Assembly: GCF_023055435.1 (NCBI RefSeq)
Contig: NW_025963890.1
Location: forward strand, 2,170,001 to 2,234,000
Source: Haliotis rufescens
Lineage: Eukaryota
Direction: 5' to 3'
Length of the DNA stretch: 64,000 nt
In this document: positions 12,208 to 25,558 of the stretch, in pieces
How the letters are laid out: each line of letters begins with the position of its first letter
Numbering within the stretch: position 1 is the stretch's first letter
Notes under the pieces: model-generated
Told to the model about the DNA's origin: nothing
Database searches by the model: none
Seen by the model: only the letters and a program-made list of their open reading frames with translations
Program-made: the position numbers and the translations under genes

Positions 12208-13014
12208 ATCTGGAAATTCGTTTATCAGGACAATATTTGATATATCACTCATACAGTCAATGTGTCCAGTACATCATTCATTTAACCAATATCACTCTTG
12301 TAAACAATATTTACAAAATAACCCTATATAACAATTGTGTCCAGTGTAAACTCATGTAGTCAATATCAACTCTTTCAACACCAGACAACCAGAATTTTTA
12401 CTGCTGCGACGCTGAGTTTCCAGAGACTCTTGCAAGCATGTCTAGCCAGCTCTAGCTAGGAAATCAGCATAGGGTAATTTATGTATTTATTTTTAAAGTC
12501 GAGAAGGGTATTGTGTACAATAAGATTTCATAGACTAAATGTTAGTCCAGTAAAACATCTTTTCCACTACATGTTATACACCATTTGAAAGGTCTAATCC
12601 TAAAGTTTATACATATGAAAGTTATGTTTATCACATTATTTAAATAATGCATTAACAACTGAATCAAGTTTGTTGTAAATAACAAAAGTAAGCTAAGGCA
12701 TTCATAATGTCCAGATTTGGGAGCAAGGAAGCGAAAATTTGACGATTTTCAACAAATATAAGATTTCATAAAATCCACTTACCCATTTCTTTTTTATTTT
12801 CATAATTTGCTTTATCAGAAAGATATTTTTAAAGGAATCATAAATAGTATCTGTCATTACCAATTTCCCGATAACAGCAGCTGTCCGCTCAGTTACATTA
12901 AAAAATACCTCCGTTTTCGAAGGTCCGTATGAATAACACATGCGTTGAAGACTGCCATGTCACACACCATTAGAAAGCTTATGTCTTCATCTACTTGATA
13001 TGTAACCTCTCCTG

Positions 13015-13122
13015 GGCCCACTTGCACAAAGCTATCTTAGCGCTAAGATGATCGTAACTCCCATACTTCAGCATTAGGCTTACAATAGTCTTAGCGCTAA
13101 GATTGCTCTGTGCAAGTGGGCC
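13015..13122. mobile_element. Small palindromic MITE (PIF/Harbinger-like), CTG TSD
   Basis: TIR GGCCCACTTGCACA / TGTGCAAGTGGGCC, internal TCTTAGCGCTAAGA palindromes, CTG on both flanks. Confidence 0.8.
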
Positions 13123-13965
13123 CTGGAGTCTTCTCATAGCTGTAACATGCGATTTTATTGGATAGAAATTAGTGTATAAGGAAGCTTTCTTGCCGATATC
13201 TGCTACAAGGTTCGTGATGGTGAAATTTAAGCATCTGACCGAAGGCAGCCAATCAAATGACAGCAATGGTACTGTCCTCATCTATGATAATTTTCATATT
13301 TGGAGGAAAGGTTTTGGGTAAATCATGTTATTCTGACGATTTGAGCAGGAAATTGCAATCTATATTATAAAAATATGGAACTTTGTGGATGTATTGTGCT
13401 AGGTTACGAGCTGTGACAGAGATTTCTCACGCACATATTTTGGCTTTAAACATGGTGTCAGCGCCGAGAAATCATTTGACTTATGCGATCGCACAAAAAG
13501 ATTGAAATAATAATTTAGAGGTAAGTTTGACAAATTGAGATATATTTTTGTTGATTTTATTTATTACTTTATATAATATATTCAAAGATTTCTTTTCTTT
13601 GTTTTGCCTTTTGACATGTTCAATGTGGACCTGTTGTCGAAGTGTGTGTCCGAGAATTTCATTTTCAATAACATTGTGGGAAACAATGAATAATTTTTTA
13701 ATCCATTGAAAAAATATGACAAATTGAAATGTAATAGGTATTTCAGACATTGTGCAATGTGAAAGATTCATTAAATGAATGATATGACAGGTAGGTCATA
13801 ATAAACTATTCTGAAAAGATGTGATGTGTTGAAAGAAAAAAGAGAACAGAAGAAAAACTATAGATAATACAAAAAACAACCTACTCGCAACTGGGTATAA
13901 CAGATTATCTGAACGCAGACACTTATGGTCAATATATCAAGTGTGAAACTAACACAGCCAATGTA

Positions 13966-14788
13966 CAGTCAAGTCTCGTTAATCCGACACTTGTTAATCC
14001 AACAATCAGCTATATCCCGACACTAATGATGGGAACCAATTAAATCAGTGCTATTTAGACCCGTCAATTCGACTGTCTCACAGTCCGACTCATACACACC
14101 TAATTTGCAATAAATTACCAAAATCACTCATTAATCAGTCTCGTTAATCCGACACAGTGATCAGCGTACTCCGTGGTCATCTGCCCACAAGTACACAGCC
14201 CGTGTTTTGATGCGAGACGAGTAGGCTGGTAGCTGCATATTACAACGGCTGAAGAGATAAACTTGCTTAACAATAAACAATTAATGCTTTAAATAAAGAA
14301 AACAGGATTAATCACATGCTTAGATTACCTCAATCTCATTAAAATCAGATACAAGTTCTCGCCGAGGACATGCCATTACAGGTCACGTCAGAACAACCTT
14401 TCGTGAACTATGACCGACCAATGAAATGGCTATCAGGAAGTCAACGTTAGCCACTTAGAAAGCTTTGCGGTACCAGTTTCAAACTTGCGTCTCCCATTCC
14501 TGACTATGCTTTTTAAAGTATTTTGAATAAGTCGTTCAGTCCGTAACAGTTGTTTTGTGTTGAGCTTTAGAGGTTGCATGATTAGAAAACATATTCTGCT
14601 AACATTGTAACATAACAATATGAATATTTCATTTATATTTTTCTATTACGTGTTTGTATTGTTATCTATCGTGTAGTCCAATTTTCGATCACAAACGTTG
14701 ATACTACTTAATTTCGTTTATACGACATACTCGTTAATCCGACATAATCATGTTCAACCAACCATGTCAGATTAACGGGACTTGACTG
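13966..14788. mobile_element. Tc1/mariner (pogo/Tigger-like) MITE, TA TSD
   Basis: TA|CAGTCAAGTCTCGTTAATCCGACA ... TGTCAGATTAACGGGACTTGACTG|TA (22/24 TIR match). Confidence 0.9.
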
Positions 14789-15097
14789 TAACTCACTCCA
14801 TTTATCGTATAACACACATTCTATATATTGTATAACACCCATTCCATATAGTCTTATCATTACAAGAACTCACACTCCATATATCCCCTCATACAATGTA
14901 ACATTGATTTCATTTATGGCACTATGGACTAATATTACCTGTCTGTTTGTATCAAGCTACAATGTAACACTGATGTTCCCCTATGGCACAATGTATAAAA
15001 TTAATATCATCATTTGCGGATTAACAGAACTTGACTGTATTATAAATAACACTTATGGCCAATATATCCAGTGTGAAACAAACAAAGCCAATGCATT

Positions 15098-16045
15098 AAC
15101 AAGAGTCATCAGAAGATCACAAATCCCCCCGGCCCCTACAAATTCGAAAGAACAAATTATCTGCCTGTTAAGTCCACTTGATGAATAAGTCTACCTGATC
15201 TGTCTGTCAGTATACAATAGTGGTTATTGAGCTATCAATACAATACCATGCATTTGGGATTTGAAACTTTGTATTACTATGTCAGGTACACACCAACATG
15301 AACCGTCAAAGACAAACTTGTTGCCAGGGAAACAGAAAAAATATAGTTCTAACAATCCCTAAATAGCAAAAGGCACCAGATGACAAACTGGTCATATGTG
15401 TGCATAGTTTCAAGGAAGAATACCTTTTAGTTTTAAAGATGTAGTACAGTCAAACTTCTTGCTATGGAAACACGAAAAAAAATATCTAAATTCCTAAATA
15501 GCAAAAGGCACCACTTCAACCCCTGAATAATACATGTTCCAAGTTTGATTCAACACTGTTGAACAGTTTTTTAGTGCCACTCCAGGAAACGACACCTACC
15601 TCCATTTCAGCAAAGTCTAACTTGTGTCCATGGATACATGGAAAATTGAAATTTTGAAACATTCCTAAATATCAAAAATAAAAAAAAATTAAATTACGAA
15701 ATAGCAAAAGGCACCACTTCAGCATGTGACTGATAAATCTTTCAAGTTTCGATCAAATATACTGAATGGTTTTCTAATTCTGCCCCTGAAACGAACCCCA
15801 TCCCCAATGGAGTCTATGTCAAACTTCTTTCCATAAAAATTTAAAAAAATAAAAACTTGAAAAATCCCAAAATATCAAAAGGCACCACATCAGTATGTGA
15901 ATGATAGACTTGCCAAGTTTCGATCAAATATACTGAATGATTTTCGAGTTCTGCCCCTGGAAAAAGGAAATGATTACGGACAGACAGACCGACCGTTGGC
16001 TGAGCGCTATATCCCCCCCTGCATTATATGCCGGGGGGATAAAAA
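15098..16045 (-). mobile_element. pearl/HINE-like (Helentron-associated) non-autonomous element
   Basis: AACAAGAG end, internal tandem repeats containing AAATAGCAAAAGGCACCAC, (GACA/GACC)n microsatellite, terminal hairpin ATCCCCCC..GGGGGGAT followed by AAAAA. Confidence 0.75.
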
Positions 16046-16517
16046 TAACACTTATATCCAATGTGAAACAAACACAGCTAATATATCAAAAATAACACTT
16101 ATGGTCAATATATCCAGTGTGAAACTAACAAAGCCATAGTATAATAAATAACACCTATGGCCAATATATCTAGTGTGAAAAGAACACAGCCAATATATCA
16201 AAAATAACACTTATGGTCAATATATCCAGTGTGAAGCTCATATAGCCAATATATTAACACTAACACTTATAGCCAATATATCTAGTGTGAAAAGAACACA
16301 GCCAATATATTAAAAATAGCACTTATAGCCAATACCATCCAGGGGCAGAACTCATATAGCCAATATATTAAAAAAAACACATTTAGAGCCAATGTATCTA
16401 GTATAACTCAAGTACATCTTATATTAATTCATTATCACACATCAGACACAATTAGCACTCTGAGCACTGAGTACATCAGTTGATCATCACTGTATCTGGA
16501 TGCAACTGTATTACAGC

Positions 16518-16907
16518 TAGGGTTGGCTATCAATATAGATCATGGAGATCGATAATCGCTTACTAAATATCAATCAAGTATCGATAAATATCGGAGAAGT
16601 ATCCACAAGCAAATGTGCTGGAAAGTCCCAAAAGAAATCAACATATTTCACACCACTACTGATCATGAGCAGTAACACATTTATGCATAGATCACTTTGT
16701 GGACATTTGATATGTAACAAAAACAGTGGCTTTCCGTCTTCGACAACTGACATGATTAACAATAACAAGTCTGTTTCATAAAATTCAAACTTTATTTCAT
16801 TCCAATAGTTATGTAAGTTATAATCGATGACAGTTTCATATTGATAATCTCTAATATTTCTTCCCATCGACAATAATTCCGATTATCAATATTTTTAGCC
16901 AGCCCTA
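16518..16907. mobile_element. hAT-type MITE
   Basis: TAGGGTTGGCTA / TAGCCAGCCCTA TIRs; 8-bp TSD ATTACAGC / ATTACTGC. Confidence 0.85.
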
Positions 16908-17617
16908 ATTACTGCCATACAGAATCAATATGAACCCAAAATTTGGCGAGTATGAAAACCTATGCCAGGAGAATGAATTGATCAGAGCTGCCTTCGTCAG
17001 TGTGAGAAATAGGACTGATCAAGTAAATTAATGCCACTCTCTCTTTAGTCAACACCCTGTGATGACCCTACGGAATGCTCACGGCTGTTGATGTCATGAG
17101 CTGTGTCATCACGACATGGACACGGAATACTCAAGAGATGAATAAAAGCCCATGCAATTCCTGTGGGAGTAGAACCATCCCTGTCCTCTGTGCCCAATAC
17201 ACTGCCCAGTGTCACAACAGAAATGTTGAGGTCAAGACACCACCCCCATCCTGCCATACTGACGGCCTCATGCTTCCCTCTCACTGGATCGCTGCGATGA
17301 TTGGGTATCGGCAATATTTTTATATATGCATGCTTTAGGTTTGGTAATTAAATAGTGCACACTGATTACAAATGAGATGTGCCAATAATGAAATGAACAT
17401 AAAGCTTTCATCTTTGTATCAAAGGGATTGAGATGCGTCAGAATGTACTTGAATAAAATTGATTATATATTGCCCAAAGTGGATATGAAATATGTATAAC
17501 ATGTTTCTGTGTTCTAAGAATGAATTGGGGTGTGAAAGTGGAAGGTTGATAACAAAACTGTTGGGATGGAAGAGTTTCACCGAACCGTGAAGACACTTTA
17601 ATACAGTGAGTGAACAG

Positions 17618-18068
17618 TAGGGCTGTAACGATTCACACGCGTATTGGGTGAATCGAACCGTATCCATTCATGAATTGAATCCGTTATTCAGGGCCACTAG
17701 AATAAAATATTTATGAATATGCAGTCATGTGCATTTACATACCTTGTACCTAAAAATATCCATAAGAATATATTATATGCATAGATGTCTTCAAAAACAA
17801 CACTCTCCTAATATTTAATTGGACAGTATTGTGTTCATTGGTCATTGTTGCATTTGAGCAATAATAGTACCTGGTATATAAATGTAGGATATATTAATAA
17901 TTAACAAACGATGTCAAATAATTTATGTTGTTATTTTTTCACTGAATATGACAAATAATACGCCAACTACTGACTTGTTATTGTATTCGTGAATTAATAT
18001 CCGTATTCATTACCCTATATTTGTGATACTAATCATATTCACCTCATAGTGTATTCGTTGCAGTCCTA
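17618..18068. mobile_element. hAT-type MITE
   Basis: TAGGGCTGTAACGA / TCGTTGCAGTCCTA TIRs; perfect 8-bp TSD GTGAACAG. Confidence 0.92.
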
Positions 18069-18899
18069 GTGAACAGTGCTAAAAGTAACACAATAAAAGG
18101 ATGGCAAAATCAGCATCTGATTCAAAGAATTGTTTGAAATGCTGTCTGTGAGATATGAGCTGTATAATACATAATTAGGCAATAAATGTGTATAACATTT
18201 GCAAGATGTATATTAAGAAAAGGCCCTTTCCATTTTATTCCTGTAACAGAATCATCCAAGTAGAACTGACTGTATGGCAGATTGCTCTGTGGAAGTGTTT
18301 CTACCAGGGGTTTGTGAGGAGGTTCCAGACTAATGTTCTCACTTAACTACAATGATCTTTGTATACTGCTTTCAAATCTTTAAGGGAGTGTGGAATATTG
18401 TTGAATATTGTTTACTGCTGGATTTCAGATCAACAAAATAGGATGCCATGAAAATGTTAAGATTTAGTATGTTGACCACATTTCAAAGCAATCATGGCCT
18501 TCCTTTGGGGGACAATCAGAAGTTCACACCCAACACTTGCTTCCCAGTAACGCAATATCTTAGTTCTTTCAATTATTATATATATGCGAGATTGTTGTTT
18601 TTGTTTGTCATTAACGTCCAATCTCATTAAAATCAGATCTTAGTTCTCGCTACTGCTAAACAAAGATCTAAGGACAACCCATTATGGGTCACGTCAGACC
18701 GACCTTGCACAAACTTTGACCAACCAATGGAATGACCAATCAGAAGGCAGCTTTCTCGTGCTATGGCACAAATTTCAAACTGGCGACTAGGCTTCTAAGC
18801 ATATTTTGACAAATTCTCAATTACAAATTTGAAACCTGAACAAAAAAACATTCTGGAATGGCTAATAGATGGTCTAGATTGTAAGGATTCAGTCGTAAA

Positions 18900-19076
18900 A
18901 CCTGTCATTGACATCATGAGCATCGATCCTCGCAATTGGGATAAAATGACATGCATCAACCAGGTCAGCGAACCTGACCACCCGATCCCATTAATCGCCA
19001 CTTACAACAAGCATAGTCGCTTTTTACAGCAAGCATGGTTTGCTGAAGACCTATTCTACCCCAGATCTTCACGGGT
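18900..19076 (-). mobile_element. SINE family A copy (3' part missing)
   Basis: TTGACATCATGAGCATCGAT...GCTGAAGACCTATTCTACCCCAGATCTTCACGGGT. Confidence 0.85.
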
Positions 19077-19332
19077 TATATGCGAGCGAGCGAGCGAAAT
19101 TAAACTGACACATGTGTTAGATGGTTACTGATCAGAATCAAGATTTCTGACACACCTAAGGGATGCAACTCTGCACATAAAATTGCAACACCTTAGACAA
19201 TAGCGCCAGCCTTTGCCTCCATTAAATAATGAACTTCAGGCAGACATAAAAAAAAAAACAGAAAAATAATTGCTTTAGAAATGTTTTAACCAAGTGATAG
19301 AGTTAGGAGTGTATTTACATTGACAGTTTTGA

Positions 19333-19681
19333 TGAGGTGAGGTGAGGTGAAATGGGGTTTAACGTCGCATCCAAGATTATTGCACTTATATAGCGATGTG
19401 CATGCATATGTGTATGTGTGGCTGCTTATACTAGTCCAGACTGATGACGATTTATAGTGCTAGCACACTGAGACACCATGCCGCTGTTTAACATTAATAC
19501 CCCACTCAGACACAGTATACTGACTCGGAGCCGACCAGTCCTTTTGTTTTACCCCCCTATGCCGAGCGCCAGACAGGGGAACAACTGTTACCATCTTTTA
19601 ACGTCTTTTGGGGGCGGGGATCAAACCTTGGACCTTCCTCGCTCCGGACGGACGCTCTACCTCTAGATCACGGAGGTGGTC
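19333..19681 (-). mobile_element. tRNA-derived SINE with Meta/MESC-like central domain (family D)
   Basis: Head GACCACCTCCGTGATCTAGAGGTAGAGCGTCC..GGTTTGATCCCC; core GACTGGTCGGCTCCGAGTCAGTATACTGTGTCTGAGTGGGG..TCAGTGTGCTAGCACTATAAA; tail CGACGTTAAACC+(CACCT)n. Confidence 0.75.
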
Positions 19682-20522
19682 GACAGTCGGTTCAACTGTA
19701 ACTTGTAAAGACTGCATGGATACTATGTTCCCTCTGTGACACACTTCATTCACCCAAAATCTGCTCAACTTATATTTAATAGCATGACCACTCAATGTTT
19801 TATGGAAATTAAAAGATACAAGTACAAAATTCAATAAAAGCAACTATGTATTTTTTATAAAATAGTGACCTGGAAGTTGCAGACAGAGGTCACTGCTCCT
19901 CCAGTGGGCATGCACTACTGTGTACAGAAATATCCTGCTTCTCAAACACTTTTTGCCATGATGATCCAACCAACAAATAAACACTCTAGCTAGTTAGCGT
20001 GTGAAAAAGCAATGTTTTCATTTATATTCTATAAAGACGTGTAAATTATAATGTACAAAAAATGCCACGGTGTAAAGCTGGAGTGAAGTTAGGGAAGATA
20101 ATTCAATGTAGGCACAAACTTGATGCTGGGAATGCAGACAAAAGTATCGACTCATACCATCTGCAGGTCTTGTACTGGTATCATTGAATAATTGGAGCAA
20201 AGTAACTCTGTCAAGATTCTTAATGATGTTAACATTTAACAAAGACAAGAAAAAAGTCTTCCTTTCCTTTGCAAGATGGCCATAATCTTCTTCTGTTGTG
20301 ATGATTTCACTTTACAGCTGTTAGGTGTTACAAAGAAACATTGTTCAAATTTGATTACATTCAGAAACAAATATATCTTAACTTACATTGTGACCTGTGT
20401 TTAGAGAATGGACATTGCACAGTCACAGATTTAAAGCTTGAGGGTAAGTTGGTATTTATGTTTCCTAGCAGTTGAAGACCACATGTCCCACTACCTGCCA
20501 GAAGCTCTCTCCTAGTAAACTT

Positions 20523-20775
20523 TTGTTGTTGTTGTTTAACGCCGCACTCAGCAATATTCCAGCTATACGACTGCGGTCTGTAAATAAGCGAGTCTGGACC
20601 AGAAAATCCAGTGATTGACATCTTGAGTAATGATCCACGCAATTGGGATACAATGACATGCATCAACCAAGTCAGTGAGCCTGACCACCCCATTCTCTTA
20701 GTCACCTCTTACAATAAGCATAGTCGCCTTTTATGGCAAGCATTGGTTGCTGAAGACCTATTCTGCCCAAGATAT
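20523..20775 (-). mobile_element. SINE family A copy
   Basis: TTGTTTAACGCCGCACTCAGCAATATTCCAGC...GTTGCTGAAGACCTATTCT. Confidence 0.88.
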
Positions 20776-21659
20776 TTGAGTAAACTTAACACTTCCGACA
20801 TTGTCACAAGAAAGTCCCACAAACTAGAAATGACAACGTCACAGGCCCTTCTCTCATGAATCAGGCAGCTCTATTCGATTCGATTTCCTATTTGTAAAAA
20901 TAATGCAAAAACAAGATCATCCATTTACAAGATTATAATCAAAGATATTCTTATTCATCTATTCAGCCATGGATTTGCCTAAAAATATTTTCACAATACA
21001 TCAATCATTTCTTGAGGCTCATGCGGTAAAAGCCTGAGGTGAATCTTTTCCTTCCAATTTGATTAAACCAGGTTACTCAAAATGCTCTGCCTCAGAGTGG
21101 GCACAGAAAAACTTTCAACCATTCAGCATCCACCGGCTATTAAAAGTATGGCACCAGCCTTCTCTCCATACAACATCTTTTTCTCCTACAACAGACTGAT
21201 AAATCCTTTCTCTCAATTTATCAGGACTTTTTGTTGCTTCACTCCCATACTGCCTTCATCGCCAATGTACTGGAGCTTCTTGACTTCGTGTCGCCATGAA
21301 GACCATCCAATCACAACACAGTCAGTGTAGGCAATTTCAGCTCAATGCTCCAGAGATTTATTTCCCATAAAACCATCAGTAAACTGCCTCTCCTTCAGTC
21401 TGCCCACACTTTCTGCATCATCTTGCTTTAAAGTTACAATTAAACTCATTTTCTGAAAACAAGATGAATCTCATGCAATACCTTTCATGTCAAATCTTTG
21501 GATTTCTATGAGAAACTGACAAAGTGATAAGGGCAGTTAGTGACAGTCAGTCTACATAAATCCAATCAACCTTTATATGTCTTGAAAACAGACAACATAC
21601 CATAAACACGGTCCCTTTGTGTTTGAAACGTGTAACAGCTTTGTAGATTATACAAGGCA

Positions 21660-23010
21660 GATTGTATGACAAGTTGGCTGTGTGATGGTGATTGTGTGAC
21701 ATGGTGGCTGTGTGATGGTGATTGTGTGACATGGTGCCTGTGTGATGGTGATTGTATGACAAGGTGGCTGTGTGATGGTGATTGTGTGACATGGTGGCTG
21801 TGTGATGGTGATTGTGTGACAAGGTGGCTGTGTGATGGTGATTGTGTGACAAGGTGGCTGTGTGATGGTGATTGTATGACAAGGTGGGTGTGTGATGGTG
21901 ATTGTGTGACATGGTGCCTGTGTGATGGTGATTGTATGACAAGGTGGCTGTGTGATGGTGATTGTGTGACATGGTGGCTGTGTGATGGTGATTGTGTTAC
22001 AAGGTGGCTGTGTGATGGTGATTGTGTGACAAGGTGCCTGTGTGATGGTGATTGTATGACAAGGTGGCTGTGTGATGGTGATTGTGTGACAAGGTGGCTG
22101 TGTGATGGTGATTGTATGACAAGGTGGCTGTGTGATGGTGATTGTGTGACAAGGTGGCTGTGTGATGGTGATTGTGTGACAAGGTGGCTGTGTGATGGTG
22201 ATTGTGTGACATGGTGGGTGTGTGATGGTGGTTGTGTGACAGGGGGGCTGTGTGATGGTGATTGTGTGACAAGGTGGCTGTGTGATGGTGATTGTATGAA
22301 AAGGTGGCTGTGTGATTGTGATTGTATGACAAGGTGGCGGTGTGATGCTGATTGTGTGACAAGGTGGCTGTGTGATGGTGATTGTGTGACATGGTGGCTG
22401 TGTGATGGTGATTGTGTGACAAGGTGGCTGTGTGATGGTGATTGTGTGACAAGGTGGCTACTGTGTGATGGTGATTGTGTGACAAGGTTGGTGTGTGATG
22501 GTGATTGTGTGACAAGGTGGCTGTGTGATGGTGATTGTATGACAAGGTGGCTGTGTGATGGTGATCGTGTGACAAGGTGCCTGTGTGATGGTGATTGTAT
22601 GACAAGGTGGCTGTGTGATGGTGATTGTATGACAAGGTGGCTGTGTGATAGTGATTGTATGACAAGGTGGCTGTGTGATGGTGATTGTATGACAAGGTGG
22701 CTGTGTGATGGTGATTGTGTGACAAGGTGGCTGTGTGATGGTGATTGTACGACAAGGTGGCTGTGTGATGGTGATTGTACGACAAGGTGGCTGTGTGATG
22801 GTGATTGTACGACAAGGTGGGTGTGTGATGGTGATTGTGTGACAAGGTGGGTGTGTGATGGTGATTGTATGACAAGGTGGCTGTGTGATGGTGATTGTAT
22901 GACAAAGTGGCTGTGTGATGGTGATTGTGTAACAAGGTGGCTGTGTGATGGTGATTGTGTGACAAGGTGGCTGTGTGACATTGATTGTATGACAAGGTGG
23001 CTGTGTGATT
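21660..23010. repeat. Minisatellite, 30-bp unit ATTGTGTGACAAGGTGGCTGTGTGATGGTG (~45 copies)
   Basis: Direct reading; a single 3-bp insertion near 22459. Confidence 0.97.
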
Positions 23011-23779
23011 GAAGCTACACTTCTCTGTCCAAAGTTAGTTAGAATCCAAGAATCCTCAGACTAACCTAAGGACAGTGAATCTTGTAGTCTGAGGATTCTT
23101 GGATTCAAACTAAGGACAGTGAATCCTGTAAACTGAAGAATCGTAGATTCTAACTTAGGACAGTGAATTTTGGCATTCCTGAAGAACACAGCACAGGTAA
23201 ATGAAGCTCATCATACTACACAGTCTCAACCCCTCACACCCAATACCAGGTCCCAAATATCCCCTGATTAAATGTATCTCAGGACAGCCTTTACAGTTGT
23301 GAGAGATGTCCTTTTTCAACTATCAAATAATATCAGCTGCGAACTCGTCACTTGTGTTTGAATTCATTGCAGCCTGCAGCAGAGGCGGGGACCTGGGAGC
23401 CCTGAACACAATCAGTCTCTGTTTAAGGTGGGTCTAATTGGAGCAGCGGTTTGGGCCAACCACTGACCTGTGACTTCAAGTAAGAGAAGGCTTGGTTGTG
23501 TCAAATTAGAATCGGCTTATTAGACATGATCAATCATGTTCTTCCCTGAAGCTTGATAATTTCACATTTGTGTCATTCATAATGCTGTTTCAAACATTTG
23601 ATGCAAAAATTGCTGAGGAAATAATTGATTTCATTTTTTTAAACATCAAATCATTTCTGTATAAAATTTGATTAGCTAACACTATGTATGTAGAATCACA
23701 TGCTTTGATTCCATGCTTAACATTTCCATTTCTTAGCCATATTTATCAATAACGAATTTCATATTTTAGCATATTTGCT

Positions 23780-24545
23780 TCCCAACTTCCCAAGGCTGGT
23801 CAAGCAACAACAGTATATTCCTATCATCCACTTCCCAAGGCTGGTCAAGTAACAACAGTATATTCCCATCATCCACTTCCCAAGGCTGTGGAAACAACAA
23901 CAGTATATTCACAGCATCCAAGGCTGGTCAAGCAACAACAGTATATTCCCACCATCCACTTCCAAAGGCTGTGCAAGCAACAACAGTATATTCCCATCAT
24001 CCACTTCCCAAGGCTGGTCAAGCAACAACAGTATATTCCCATCATCCACTTCCCAAGGCTGGTCAAGCAACAACAGTATATTCCCATCATCCACTTCCAA
24101 AGGCTGTGCAAGTAACAACAGTATATTCCCATCATCCACTTCCAAAGGCTGGTCAAGCAACAACAGTATATTCCCATCATCCACTTCCAAAGGCTGGTCA
24201 AGCAACAACAGTATATTCCCATCATCCACTTCCCAAGGCTGGTCAAGCAACAACAGTATATTCCCATCATCCACTTCCAAAGGCTGGTCAAGCAACAACA
24301 GTATATTCCCACCATCCACTTCCAAAGGCTGTGCAAGTAACAACAGTATATTCCCACCATCCACTTCCAAAGGCTGGTCAAGCAACAACAGTTGATTCCT
24401 TAACACCCATTTCCAAAGGCTGGTCAAGCAACAACAGTATATTCCTAATCATCCACTTCCAAAGACTGTGGAAACAACAACAGTACATTCCCATCATCCA
24501 CTTCCCAAGGCTGTGCAAGCAACAACAGTAGATTGCCATCATCGT
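23780..24545. repeat. Minisatellite, 45-bp unit CCACTTCCCAAGGCTGGTCAAGCAACAACAGTATATTCCCATCAT (~17 copies)
   Basis: Direct reading. Confidence 0.96.
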
Positions 24546-24737
24546 TCCTTTTGACCCACTGTTCAATACACGTGAAGATTCCGGGGTAGAAGTTAGAATA
24601 GGTCTTCAGCTTTTAATGCTTGCCGTAAGAGATGACAATGCTCTGGTAGGTAATTTAAATTTTGTATAAGGTTCTATATAGTCCCTGATTTTATATCATG
24701 TGTTTCTTATAATTTCTGAAGTCATGAAACATGGTTG

Positions 24738-25002
24738 GCAGGTTGGTTTGTTGTTTAACGCTGCACACAGCAATATTCCAGCTATATGACGGCGGTCTGT
24801 AAATAATCCAATCTGGACCAGACAATCCAGTGTTTGATATCATGAGCATCGATCCACGCCATTGGGATGAATGACATGCATCAAACAAGTCAGCAAGCCT
24901 GACCTCCCAATTCTGTTAGTCACCTTTTACGACAAGCATAGTCACCTTTTACGGCAAGCATGGGTTGCTGGAGACCTAGTCTACCTCAGATCTTCATGGG
25001 TC
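24738..25002 (-). mobile_element. SINE family A copy
   Basis: Full-length match ending TCTTCATGGGTC. A head-only fragment lies at 24569-24640 (+). Confidence 0.88.
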
Positions 25003-25308
25003 CATGAAACATGGAAGACACATTGTTTGCAACATTAATTCCTTTTTTGGATCTTTTTTAAATATAAAAATTTGTTCTCAGTTATTTCATCGAAAAGAAA
25101 AATCACTGTTCACCTGGCATGCTGGATGCCCTGAAAGAATATAGCATAGGTTAAAAACAGTGTGCTGATCCTTACAGAGAAACACATATCACGTGGTCGG
25201 AACCGAATACCTCACAATCATATCTCTCAGCAGAGTTTATGTTCGCCATCATTTTCATTCAAGGATCCAAGGCTGAGGCTGTTAACCCCAACACAACTCA
25301 CACTAAGG

Positions 25309-25558
25309 ACCGTGAAGATCCTGGTTAGAATAGGTCTTTAGCAACCCATGCTTGCCCAAATAGGCGACTATACTTGTAAGAGGTAGCTAACTGGATCAGG
25401 TGTTCAGGCTTACTGACTTGGTTGCTGCATGTCATTGTATCCCAAATGTGTGCATCAATGCTCATGATGTCAATCACTGGATTGTCTGGTCTAGATTTGA
25501 TAATTTACAGACCGCCATCATACAGCTGTCAAACAAACAAACAAACAAACAAACAAAC
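25309..25558 (+). mobile_element. SINE family A copy with (AAAC)n tail
   Basis: GACCGTGAAGATCCTGGTTAGAATAGGTCTTTAGCAACCC...AAACAAACAAAC. Confidence 0.88.

Larger units (their letters stand above)
8570..16420. repeat. Old degenerate ~29-bp minisatellite (CCAATATATCCAGTATATCACTCATATAA), fragmented by TE insertions
   Basis: The motif recurs at about 8640-8750, 9260-10075, 10610-10915, 12230-12365, 13900-13962, 15045-15095 and 16045-16420, between the inserted elements. Confidence 0.8.

Noticed and set aside
12370-13836. Possible piggyBac-like MITE with TCTTTCAACAC ends
   Set aside because: Only an 11-bp match and no intact TTAA TSD, so the boundaries are unsupported.
17045-17338. GC-richer Cys/His-containing segment with ORFs on both strands
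   Set aside because: No recognisable domain and no consistent frame with splice sites.
20157-20450. Exon-like pieces on both strands (EIITTEEDYGHL...; HCDLCLENGHC)
   Set aside because: In-frame stops adjacent and conflicting strands; unidentifiable.
23869-24566. ORFs of 170-186 aa in the 45-bp repeat
   Set aside because: Open in multiple frames on both strands and confined to the array, with no splice or flank support.
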